Assembly: GCA_013115145.1 (NCBI GenBank)
Contig: JAAPAO010000371.1
Location: 1 to 35,325 of the forward strand
Direction of reading: 5' to 3'
DNA from: Perkinsus chesapeaki ATCC PRA-425
Lineage: Eukaryota > Protista > Perkinsozoa
Length of the DNA: 35,325 nt
The notes beneath the pieces were generated by a model that was not told where the DNA came from, did no database searches, and was given only the letters and a program-made list of their open reading frames with translations. Positions 1 to 12,443 of the stretch are shown here, one piece after another. The translations under genes were made by a program, and so were the position numbers. How positions within the stretch are numbered: the stretch's first letter is position 1; every line of letters begins with the position of its first letter.

Positions 1-195
1 TGTGGCGCACCGATTAGGGTGGCCGCAAAACCATCGGCGGTACAGGGTTTTAAATTTTTTAATCTTAAAAATTTCGTGCCCCTGGGGGGGTTTTGGGGCT
101 AAAACCTCAAAAAACCCGCCATCCGCAAGTGGTGGCAAGCCGCTGTGGAGTAATGCTCGCAAATGCCCTTTGGCACGACCAAATTTTGGTCGCCT

Positions 196-226
196 GTGAC
201 CTGGATCAGGACCTGATCCAGGTCAC
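196..226. repeat. Perfect 15-bp inverted repeat with 1-nt spacer
   Basis: GTGACCTGGATCAGG-A-CCTGATCCAGGTCAC. A second 1-nt-spacer palindrome lies at 176-192 (CGACCAAA-T-TTTGGTCG). Confidence 0.95.
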
Positions 227-321
227 CTAGTCACTAAGAATGTCCGAGCCATGATGACTCGAGCTGATTAGTCTCATCTTCAACTAATTTACAAAGAGCA
301 GGGTACTGGTTGATCTACTCA

Positions 322-920
322 TCATATGCCCTCTTGACTTGCGATATATAATCTGATGAGCTCGTGATGAGATGCATTATCAGGCTCACGGATATCTTTC
401 CATGAGAATATTTCAAATATTATATTTGAGCATGCTTGTTGAGCATGAGCTTTCCTTCCGCGTCTGTAGTCACGAAATGACGTACGAAAAAATTGTCGCA
501 GCTCTGCGACTACAGAACGCGGTAGAAAGAAACGAAGAGGCCAACAAACGAAGAGGCGAAGCACTGCCTTGGACCCCACTTAGGGCAAAGTCAAGTACCC
601 TACGTCCATCGCCAACTCCCCTTTTTAGATTAGAGGTTTTCCAAATCTTCTCTCGGGCCATCCCAATGCTGTTGAAAATCCCAGCTTTTGCGGAAGCGCC
701 TTCTGAAGGCGCTTTCGGTATTCTATCCTCGTGATTCCCGTTGATTGATCTAACACAACTGATAAATTCCTTAACTGAATCAAAGTCAGCTAAAGATATA
801 GCTTCTGACTCTACGGCAGGTATTACTGCTCGCCACCGTAGAGTATCTGACTCGTCTAATGGACGAGAGAATTGAAGACGTTCTGCTTCTCTAAGGACAG
901 ACTCCGAGAGTCCCTCTCCT
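322..920. pseudogene. Decayed ORF-like segment of unknown origin; coding strand uncertain
   Basis: Plus strand gives a 120-aa ORF (372-734) that continues through stops. Minus strand is open ~915-470 and would continue to 322 after a frameshift at an A6 run. No recognisable motif. Confidence 0.25.
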
Positions 921-968
921 GTTAGTCACAGTCAGTCCTGTTAGTGTGTTAGACCTGTCAGTGTCCTG

Positions 969-990
969 TTAGTCAGTGACTAACAGTCAC
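969..990. mobile_element. Putative hAT excision footprint, 8-bp target TTAGTCAC
   Basis: TTAGTCA+GTGACTAA+CAGTCAC fits X1-7+revcomp(X)+X2-8 with 1 mismatch. It sits in a locally repetitive CCTGTTAGT tract and abuts a 13-bp 1-nt-spacer palindrome at 986-1012. Confidence 0.6.
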
Positions 991-1123
991 ACTATCAGTC
1001 TGATAGTGTGACGACCGATGTGCTTTAGCCAACAGCTCCACCAGGCCCTTGTGGCAAGGGAATTCCCATGAAAAACCCACTTTTCAAAACGACCGGAATT
1101 TTTGTTTTCTTGTGATAGAAACA

Positions 1124-1145
1124 GCATTGCAGTAATGCCATTACT
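1124..1145. mobile_element. Putative hAT excision footprint, target GCATTACT
   Basis: GCATTGC+AGTAATGC+CATTACT, 1 transition from the ideal motif. Confidence 0.7.
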
Positions 1146-1244
1146 CTTGCACTTTCTATGATGGACCGTCACTGACTGTGGCTTTCAATCTTGGTACTAC
1201 GTCAAGGTAGCCGTGTCACGCTGTCACGGTGACCATGTCATTAC

Positions 1245-1266
1245 CATAAACGGTTTATGATAAACC
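1245..1266. mobile_element. Putative hAT excision footprint, target CATAAACC
   Basis: CATAAAC+GGTTTATG+ATAAACC, a perfect match to the motif. Confidence 0.8.
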
Positions 1267-1330
1267 TCGAAAACGGGACATGTGGACCGCGAAGTGACTA
1301 CTAAGGAAGTTTGCCGAGCGCAACACAAAT

Positions 1331-1352
1331 GCCCGGAATCCGGGGCCCGGAT
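1331..1352. mobile_element. Putative hAT excision footprint, target CCCCGGAT
   Basis: GCCCGGA+ATCCGGGG+CCCGGAT, 1 mismatch. A further 2-mismatch example lies at 1389-1410. Confidence 0.65.
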
Positions 1353-1647
1353 TCGTACTGGAGACTCGAAGTCCCGGTTTATTTCAGACTCCTGGCCCGG
1401 GAATCCCGGGACCTTCACGAAATCTCCTAACCGGAAGATACCCTATACTATCTAAGACAGTACCATTCGACAGAAATCAACTCTCAAGCCGGATATCGAT
1501 TTCTAACACAACACGTTGGATTATGAGAGAAGAAGCCACACATTTATGAAGTAACCACGCCATGAAGAAGGATGAACAGGATCGAGTGTATGATCCAGTG
1601 TACTAGTAACAGTTGAGTGCAAAATAATTAAGCAACTTGTCAGAAGC

Positions 1648-3394
1648 TTAGTAGCTCGTACCGGTTATAGCGAATGAAGAATGCGCGTGCTGGCTTCTCA
1701 CTATTCCGATCCTCCGGTTATCTACAACACGATTCATTGCCAACAGACAAAATTATCAGCCCTTACCCCTATCAAAGGTAGTCATATATGCTCGGAGGAA
1801 TGGCCCGCCAGCTATCCAGAGTGGGCCTGATATATTGCTAAGAATTCAAGGATATATAAGCTACACACCTCTATTAGAGTGAACATCTCTACCAGATATC
1901 TCTATATCACAGAAGCCTTGGAAAGTATAGGCATAGTCCGCTGGGGTGAGGTCCACCTCCACCTACAGTATATGTCAATAACACACTATGCATCATAGCA
2001 GTATACCTCGCCCCCTTCTTCTCCCTTCAATATGTATGTAATAGTAGGGAGGCTATCATAATTAGAGCAATCATCTTCAACACTTACAGTATCCTCAATA
2101 ATGCCTATCACATCACTGGGGAAACTGTTATCAGTAGTGCCTGTCAACATCCCTCTCTACTAGTCTCCCTGTGACGGATGCTACCAGTATCGACCAGTAG
2201 ATGGCATGGCATACCGTCCTCACGGTTGCACATGTTGAGCCGACGACCATTGACAGCAACATCGATAGCAGAGAGATCCCAGTGGCTATCAGATACCAAA
2301 GGAAACCATCTTATACTGTCACCGGGGGACATCCTATCTGCTGGTGGCGGGGTGCCTAGAACAGTCAATTTCCAACCGGGTCATTGGTATGTCCGCTACC
2401 TGCTAGATAGAGGGCACTGGGCAAGGCGGGATCCCTGCTGAAATAGAAAGTGAAGGCGCTAAGGTCTGGCATAGCCTCCAGTATTGTTGGGCCGTCTAGA
2501 TCAGAATCCATGTATGGGCGAGTCCAGGATAGACTAAAAACCACGATGAGGGGGAGGAGTGGTATCAACAATGTTACCCACAAACCCCATCGAATGGTGT
2601 ACCCTTGAATGGGAAATCCGTCTCGAATATTGCTGTACCAAAGCCTTGATACTGACAAGACGAAATCATTACCCATCATTCCAGACAATAGCTGCGGGGC
2701 TTACTGGGGATGTGGAGTTGCCGATCTGAGGGAAAATTGGTATGAAATTGGCACCGTATCACCATCACCTTCACTCTATCCCACGTCTGCCTAATGTTAA
2801 CTCTCCCTGTACTGTATTGTATGCTCGTCTAAACCGCAATATCCTACATCAATTGACAAATGCTGCCACTACCACAGTAGCATCCTCATCCTCATCATAC
2901 ATAGCAGACCTTCCCCCTCTTGTGCCATGATAAACCTGAATGCAACACTGGTAACAGTCATACCAACTTTCCTTCACCTTATGTTCTCTACACGGCTCAG
3001 TACTACAGGTGGCATCAGGCACCCATAGCTTAGAAGATCCTGTATCGAATACTACACTAAATACCTCCTCCTGTCCTTCTGGACCAATCAGTATTGGACC
3101 ATAGTAACTAATACATACGCATGAGCCCTTGTAGCAGTTGCACTCGTGATGAGGCCAGATACTTCGGCTACCTCCCTTTTGTACTTTCCAACCTAGTAAC
3201 ACTAGAAGCATTCGTGCTTCTAGCAGCATCAGATCTCTTATACTCTATACGAGCTCTAAAATCACATCAATACAAACCCGATGAGAGCCAACGACTTACT
3301 GATGACGCGCAGCCAATGAATCATAGGGTGACTTCAATACAATCATGGACCCTTCGACGACAGCAGCGATCAGACCAGCCCAGAGAGATAGCAT
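1648..3394 (-). CDS. Secreted pepsin-family (A1) aspartic protease, multi-exon
   Basis: Signal-like N-terminus MLSLWAGLIAAVVEG. First catalytic motif VVFDTGSSKLWVP, flap IQYSTG, PFDGVCG. Second motif LLVDTG|TT is split by an intron. C-terminal WIAGGPFLRAYMTTFDR..RIG. Stop TAA at 1648-1650. Confidence 0.9.
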
Positions 3395-3475
3395 GCCCTT
3401 GGACATTATGCAATAATGCTATTACGGGTATAGGGGAGCATTGATGGAACAAACAGCAAATAGATAGGAAATATG

Positions 3476-4818
3476 TTATTCAAAAAGATGCGCTATCTCC
3501 TGTAGAGGAGCATCCCCCCATTGAGCGCGCCGAAAGGCTATGTGATCAGGTATAGGCCTCCAATTTGGTGACACACCCTGCGTTTGGAGGTAGGAGAAGT
3601 CAGCAACTGTTATGCTAGGTGTAGTAGGGATAGAGCCAAAGCTGTGACCAACCGCTATTCTGGTACCTAATAACACTCGAGATGATATCCAAGATCGTTA
3701 TCCGGAAGATAGTTATATCAACAGTGAATATCATATGCTTATGTAGAGAAAGATACAGTATTGTTTGAATAGAACTATTGATACACCTAATATTACCACC
3801 ATTCAAGACCACATACGAGGTGACCGCACCGCCTAGTATGGAAAATGAAGTAAGGCAATACTAACATACATACCACTGACTGATATCAATCAAGATCACT
3901 TCTAGAATAGTTTATTACATTCCTCTATAATAGGTGTAGCATTAGCATCAGCATATATAACCAGACCATCACTAGCATGCACTCTGAGCTGTCTCGCTAC
4001 ACAACCACCTGACAACTGTATAACTGAGTCATGACAGTTGTAGCATAATATCACTGGCCTGCCGCCACCGACACCTGACACTACCCTCTATACCCCCACC
4101 AACGACAATCGCCATACCTACCTTGCATGGATGGGCATGCTTTGTAATCCACCGATAAAAAGCATTGTCGCATATTATGTACATAGATAGCGGCAGGGAC
4201 ATAGGCGGATTCCCCAGAGCTATTGAAACGTATTGTGCAATTGCTGACATCCTGTATATTATAAACCTCACAGCTGCTATTAACATCAATATCATACACA
4301 CCACCGTTCAACGATGATAACACCTACAGCAATGGTAACCCGCAAAAGCCAGCTGCTTACATTCCCAGCAGAGGCGGGCGTAGGGGTGGCGGTACTAGGG
4401 CGAGTGGTAGAGGCAGATTGGGTAGCGGTGGCCTCGGACCACTGGTTATCTGGTACTGGCCTCTGCCGAAATGTAAACCTCTTGGCTTTCCTTCTATTAG
4501 ACTGCATAGTATCCAATAATGCTGTAATAGTATTCAACCTACCCCACCCATCCCCTTCAACCACCATCAACCTACACTAACCTTTGTTTGATAACCTTAA
4601 CATCATACGAAGGCATATGTCCTCCTGCGGCTACCAGAGCATCGCTATACTCGCCTGCCGCAGTACCCTGTCATGGCCGCCCTACTAAAGCTCACATCGT
4701 CTTTGTAGTCTACCCATTTATCCAGCACTTGGTGGTCGACTGTAGTAGAGGATGTTACAGATTGAAGCACCTCCGTTTCCAAAGCCAACACTGCTTCACG
4801 TAAAGCTTCAGTCTCCAT
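3476..4818 (-). CDS. TBCC: Tubulin-specific chaperone C, multi-exon
   Basis: N-terminal helical part with MPSYDVKVIKQ and KRFTF. C-CAP-like region has ARQLRVH, TPIIEEC|TRIAVG (across a ~250-nt intron) and VADFSYL..SPNW. Start codon uncertain. Confidence 0.8.
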
Positions 4819-4946
4819 CGATACCAATGCCGTGACAGTTACCCCTACTGGGACTGTATTAATTAACTATAACAAAACATAAATGGATAGATGACTATGT
4901 TATCAATAATCATCCTTATTAACTTGGTTCCCTAACATTCAACTAT

Positions 4947-6493
4947 CTAATCGTATCTGACGGAAATATGGTATGAATTAAACCACCACCTAGACTCTTA
5001 CCGTGGGCTTCCTCTCTCCCCACGTCCCCGAGAGCGACTGCGGCTCTCTTTAGTATGGTATTCACCATAGCTTGGAGATCTACGTCTAGTATCACGTCCA
5101 CGAGGGGATCGGCCATAAGAATCATCATACGGTCCTCCGCCTTGGGGAGGGCCTCCTCCTCCTCCTCCAGCACCCCAGTCCCCATAGCCTCCCTTTCCTC
5201 CCCATCCACCATATCCTCCTTTACCACCCCATCCACCACCACCTTTGCTGGCCCATCCGCCATAACTAAGAGCATTATATGGAATGCTTGTATGGTGAAT
5301 TATGTTACCCCTTTCCTTTCCCTTTTCCTCCTTTACCCTTTCCTATATGACCAAGAGTCTCGCCATGCTTCTCATCAGAGAACTCCTCTACTCTAATAAT
5401 TGACGTATCCCCCTAAAAGACAATCAAGTGATATACACCCAACAGCAAAAGGCATATAAAGAGGCATTATGAGTTGGGCTATCGGGTGGGTGTTGGAAAT
5501 AGTACCCGAGCAGCAATGATCCCTCCTCCATCCTAAATCATTCCAAGAATCCTCAGCATCCTTATCCACTATTCCGATTATTATTATCCGATTAGCCATC
5601 GCCTCCAGGCGAGTATCCTTTCGTATCCCCCTTTGGTTCCTTACAAAATGGCTCTTCATCTCGGTATCATCGAGAGTACGAACTGCACGCTCGACATCAG
5701 GCTGCCCAGCGAATCCAGCGACACCGACACCGTCACGGGTCACTTCGGTGAATCTGATAAAGTGCGGTATGAGCAATCAATAGTTATAAAGCTACTACCG
5801 GCATTCGCCAGCGTCTCGCATCTTGTCTTTAAGATCTTGCCAAGATGCTCCACGAGGTAGATTGGTAACCACTACCCGAAAATACTTCTCAGACACACCC
5901 GCTGAATCATAATACCTATTGAAGGCTCTGATAACACATAATGCACATAAGACTAAACCCTTACGCTGTGGGTGAGGCACCACCACCACCCTTGCCATAG
6001 CCGAAGTCATTGGGCCTAAATAGCTGGGATAGACACCACTTAAGGTAGCCTGTGGGGTACCTTCCTTTGCCTTTGCCTCTGAAAGAGCCTCCACGAGGAT
6101 CATCACGGTACTCCTCATCAACTTCAACTGTTATAGGCTGACCGTCTATCTCGTAACCATTACGTGACTGAGTATGGTATCATCCTTCACACAAGGGAGC
6201 ATGTGTCGCTACCTTGGCGGCATCAGCGGCATCCTGCCAGTCTCGGAATTGGACGTAGGCGTATCTAAAGGTGGAGATCGAGGCCATGAGCGGTGAGGGT
6301 AGGAGCCTACGCAGTACGCCTTCGAGAGCTCTCGTTAATCCTGGCACCACGGATCTCAATGGATTCTATTCTACCAAACTTGTAGACTAAAGGGATATAG
6401 TAAGGTGACGGTAATAATTAGTAGCTTACATATATCATCTAGCTCCCTTTCACGTAGTGTAGATGGTATATTACCCACTATGATCCTAGCCAT
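4947..6493 (-). CDS. SRSF1: SRSF1/ASF-SF2-like SR splicing factor with two RRMs, a Gly/Trp-rich region and a short RS tail
   Basis: RRM1 IIVGNIP..DIFYKFGRI..YAYVQF. RRM2 has the diagnostic RVVVTNLPRGASWQDLKDKMRDAG, then SHF|GDTSIIRV. C-terminus has RSP/SRSR dipeptides. Confidence 0.85.
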
Positions 6494-6644
6494 AACGGGA
6501 AGGGGTAATAATGATACTATACAATGTTACGACCAATTATACTCCGATCATAATCGATCATTGCACGCATACACACGAAGATACCAACCTATGTAAGTAT
6601 ACCTCACCTAACAGTCATCATCAACACAATCCTCCATCGAATAA

Positions 6645-8479
<1,835 letters not shown>

Positions 8480-8521
8480 GCGGCTCGTAGCCGCAGTCAA
8501 TCGATAATGGTATTCATCTCT

Positions 8522-8582
8522 ATGAGAACGAATGACTTATCACCTTGAAACACTAGTTGGGTGGTGACGATATGTTTCTCGT
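8522..8582 (+). promoter_or_regulatory. Eukaryotic SECIS element in the TrxR 3' UTR
   Basis: ATGA (8532) -N12- AAA (8548) -N18- GA (8569). Core UGAC/CGAU quartet, helix II UUAUCACC/GGUGGUGA, helix I AUGAGAA/UUCUCGU. Lies ~60 nt downstream of the UGA. Confidence 0.9.
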
Positions 8583-8797
8583 TATTACTGTTTTATTGCC
8601 GGTGCAAGTGGATAATTTCTTATTCTTTTTATGGCCGCCTGACTGCGATTTGGCGGAAAAAATCCGCATCTCCAGTGGCACATCGATGGCCTACACCATA
8701 CGTAGTAACTAGTATCCTACTATTCATCATTCGTGACTCGTGTTATAATAGTAGTGTTCGGTCCATGTGAGGTTTTTTATAACTGCTGTTGTTGGCA

Positions 8798-9312
8798 ATG
8801 GACACGATCCCAATTCAGCAGCTTGTAAGGGAGCGTATGCCTACAGACACGGTCCCTTACGAGCCACCAGTTAATCCAGATAGCTTCCTAAGGTTGGCTA
8901 TCGGCCTACTCACAGTGGGTTTAGCCATTACTTGCTGGCTTATGATGTAGTACCTTGTGGTGGGATAGGCTCATTTACTTTCACTGCAGTTTGAGCTGCA
9001 TGGGCTTCCCCGCCTTTTTAAAAACGACGGCGGCGTTATGAATTAATTACTTAAAATTGTTGCTTATTTAAAAGATATAACTTCAGATGCAGTATAACTA
9101 TTACGTCTGTAGCTCTCAGTACTTTCTTATATTTCCGTCACAGGTACAATGTTACAAGAACCAAGTTTGAAAGGTCGCTCGTCAAGGAGGTCATTGCCGC
9201 GGTAATAATCATATGCTCGTAGCTGTTATACCGTTGATTTCAGGTGTTAGCCTCTATCACCCTTGGTCTTGGTGTATTCTTCACCATGCTATCGGCTGAC
9301 CTTTATGTATAA
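8798..9312 (+). CDS. TMEM258: Oligosaccharyltransferase small subunit TMEM258/OST5, 3 exons
   Basis: Spliced product includes YEPPVNPDSFLRLAIGLLTVGLAITCWLMMYNVTRTKFERSLVKEVIAAVLASITLGLGVFFTMLSADLYV*, with two TM helices and the family PVNP and KE motifs. Confidence 0.85.
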
Positions 9313-9706
9313 ATCCGACAGCACTATTCAGTGGGTGTTGGAGAGGACTGCTGATACTGCAAAGAGCTGTTTTTCTACTTGTGCCTATAGTATTGCGTTC
9401 TGTCACATTTATGTACCTATTTCAACAGCGCATATATGAGCGCTTTGGCCCAAGTGCTAAGTGGCAAGGGTTAGTCATATTGATGTAAAGCCAATACGAA
9501 AGAGCATCACTACTCGTAATTGATCTGCAGTTAGTACTTTTTTTAGTTAGTGTCATAACCTGTCGTAGAACGTCCGTAGTGGTTATTAGCAATGGTTTAT
9601 GATCCGCTGATAATTTTCGAAGTGATCCTTTTTATATATAACACCCCTTTGAAACAAGTTGTTACCGGTGGCTGCTCACGCGGATAGTAAAAGAGTATCA
9701 CTCTTT

Positions 9707-10695
9707 ATGATGCTGCGGGGCATGGGCTTTAGTATAAATCATATTGTACATATGCCACCATGTTCCCGAGTCTACCTCAGTCATATGCCCCTATACGGTA
9801 ATACTACTCCCATCCAGCAATATAGCAGTATATATACCTTCAGACTAGTACAACAGTCATCCACCACTGACGATGATAACAACTCTGTACCATCTTCACT
9901 GATAAGACACCTGTGGTTGGATGGTATAAGGCCAAACACTGTAACCGCTGATGAGGAGGCCTCTCGGGTAAGTGCGCTGATGCTGCTGGAGGGTATACGG
10001 TAGCCCTACAGATTACCATGGCCGTCATGAGAACAGTCAAAGATTTGGAGGGCTACCTATCACCAAGATTGATACGAGAAGCTCCAGCAAGAGGGAGGGT
10101 ATATGTGACAAGAGAGATAGCCGAGGCTCCTGAGACTGGCATCAGCATTGAACACAACAGGGCCGTAGCGAGGCCACTAACTAGGCGTGGTGAGAGGAGA
10201 AGGCTACCGCCGGTTCAGACGCTTTATCGCGAGACACGCGCGGGCGGGGTGAGCTTCATACTGTATATGGTATGTCATAGTTTGCTGTAGATATTGGATC
10301 CGCCTCTCGTCACTGAAACTAGGCGAGGCGATCTGATCCGCCCGCCGATGAGTTCTAAAACTCCTGGTAGACGCCGAAGATCGATCGTGATGCATCAACA
10401 GGCACTGTAAGGCTGTAGAAGGCGTGTTTGGTTGTATTGCGGTTGTAGGCCTGTCCAGGAGGTTATGAAGAGAACTCAAGTGAAACCGTTTAATATGTGC
10501 CTCACCAAAGAGGCGGCGGAAGAGGTAACAGGTGATGGTTTATAAAAATGAGATTATGGCATCTTTCAGCTACCGATGCCGCATACTTCCGCTAGGGACT
10601 ATGAACGAAGAGTTAAACGTAAGGGAGATAGTAGCAATTGGTCTTACCCTGTAGATGACTACTCCAGGTGGTTTCATGCCTACAAAGCTCCATGA
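9707..10695 (+). CDS. Hypothetical multi-exon protein
   Basis: In-frame exons joined by short GT-AG introns, ending ..KRTQVKPFNMCLTKEAAEE|LPMPHTSARDYERRVK|HDYSRWFHAYKAP*. Start and some junctions uncertain; no family recognised. Confidence 0.45.
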
Positions 10696-10834
10696 AATCC
10701 TTTACGGTGAATGAGTACTCCACCCCAGTCAACAGCGCCAACTAAAGTGTCCGGCAAGGCTAAGGCGTTTATGTGGAATTGAGAGCTGATCCCGAATGTG
10801 TCGGCGGGCGACTGAATGAATTGATGATATCCTG

Positions 10835-12070
10835 TTGATGTTCTTCTCGGTGTTGTTGTTGTTGTTGTTCAACTCTATCGTCTATACAGTTGTGTTGTGC
10901 AGTCACCACCTTTCGGTCGTATACAAGACTCTGGCGGCGCGTTATGGTTATTGCAACGTCCATCCTCCCTTTACCCTTACGAGTACAACAAAACCTCGGT
11001 GGAGGAGTAGTCAACCATTTACCGTGATAATTTCAGCATTCGATACTCAGACTGATATCATCGATGCTATTCGGAAAACAGCAGACAAGTGTGGAGTGAC
11101 CGAATCAGAGACATCCAATATGATAGAGGATTGTCGCTCATTCATAGAAAACTCCCGTTATGCTGCTGGGCCGATATTAGCAAAAGATGCATTAAAGTTG
11201 GCTGAGAAAAGTAGGGCCCCGTCCGCATGAAATGACTTGTATAGTAGGCCTCTCTCTCTCGGTGGGTGGTATACAGTTCACAGCGTCATCGGGAATCACC
11301 GAGCTTTGTGGCGGCCCCTCTTCAGCAAAGACATTACTGTCCATGAATCTGGCGGCTACCGCTTCGGCCTGTGGTGTAGGAGGGCCTCAGTGTTGAGCGA
11401 TCGATGGGACTCGGCAATAGGTGCATGTCTACTATATCGATGCTGATGGTGATCTTAGTGTTAGTAAGCTACGAGAGCTGAAGGCAGACCTCGATAACAT
11501 AACAGTCGTGAGGCCACTGAATTGGGGTCAACTAACGGCGGCTGTTCATGTCCTCTCTCACCAGTTGGGGGTATTGAGACCGTTAAAGACTGCTTCGGAC
11601 TCCTACTCAGGATGACGTAGCGGTGATAATCATTGACTCCATAACACACTTACTGAGGCACTTGCCTTCTGTTAATACATTGACGATGATAGAAGAGGAT
11701 GAGAGAGGTGTGAAGAATGCGGTACTTGCTAATATAGCTAACCTTCTGTCCTCCAATACCAAGTCCATAACAGTGGTGAGACCCTTCATGTAGGTTTGGT
11801 AATGTGCTCTATGGAAGGTTACTAACCAATTAACAACTGATATAACCACGGGCGAGCTCAAGCCAGCGCTGGGGGAGGTATGGACCAGTATGGTGGATGA
11901 ACGCATTATGGTCTCTAGTATGGAAGGTGAGGGTAGCATAATATCGGTGGAGCCTAGCGGAGTTGATGGTAAATCTCTGTGTCTATATAACAGTGATGTT
12001 GCTCGTTCTAGATGCCTGGTTGATAGAAATCACAGCAAGTGGCCATGTTATGAGGTTGCCAGACATGTGA
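10835..12070 (+). CDS. RAD51D: RAD51 paralog, most like RAD51D
   Basis: N-terminal DKCGVT, GITELCGGPSSAKT (Walker A variant), YYIDADG, VIIIDSI (Walker B) and VTNQLTT..GELKPALGEVW. Start and last exon uncertain. Confidence 0.75.
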
Positions 12071-12443
12071 AGTTAACAACAACGATTCTTATAGTTGTTC
12101 ACCCATCAGAGATGTTCGCTACTTGTTAGACATGATATGTACTCGTTTCTGCTCCTGCCATGGGTGTGCCGTTGTTGAGCTGTCCAGCCAACTTTTGTCG
12201 GCACCGAATTCCGTGTCGATGAAATGGGCAACCATGGTTTTCGAGTAAGGTTGTTGCCATATGGAGCTCACCCTAAAGCCCACTGAGGCCTGAGACTCTA
12301 TCGATAATGTTACCTTCTTCCTTCGCTATCGTTCCTTGTTCCTTTGTAGAGTGCGCACACCTCAGATGGCGAACTTGCGGAATAGTATGTGTATGAGTTT
12401 ATAGTCCCAACGCCGAATATTGCCAAGTTAGACTATCCACTCC

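Noticed and set aside
1-195. Possible DNA-transposon terminus (TAGGGTGG.., CAGGGTTTT.., homopolymer runs)
   Set aside because: No matching inverted partner or TSD in the window, so it cannot be supported. It is not a telomeric array either.
3615-3812. 65-aa ORF inside the long TBCC intron
   Set aside because: No motif, and splicing it out restores IIEEC-TRIAVG; likely a chance open frame.
8947-9143. Long AT-rich TMEM258 intron as a snoRNA or MITE host
   Set aside because: No convincing C/D or H/ACA boxes, and no TIR-plus-TSD pair.
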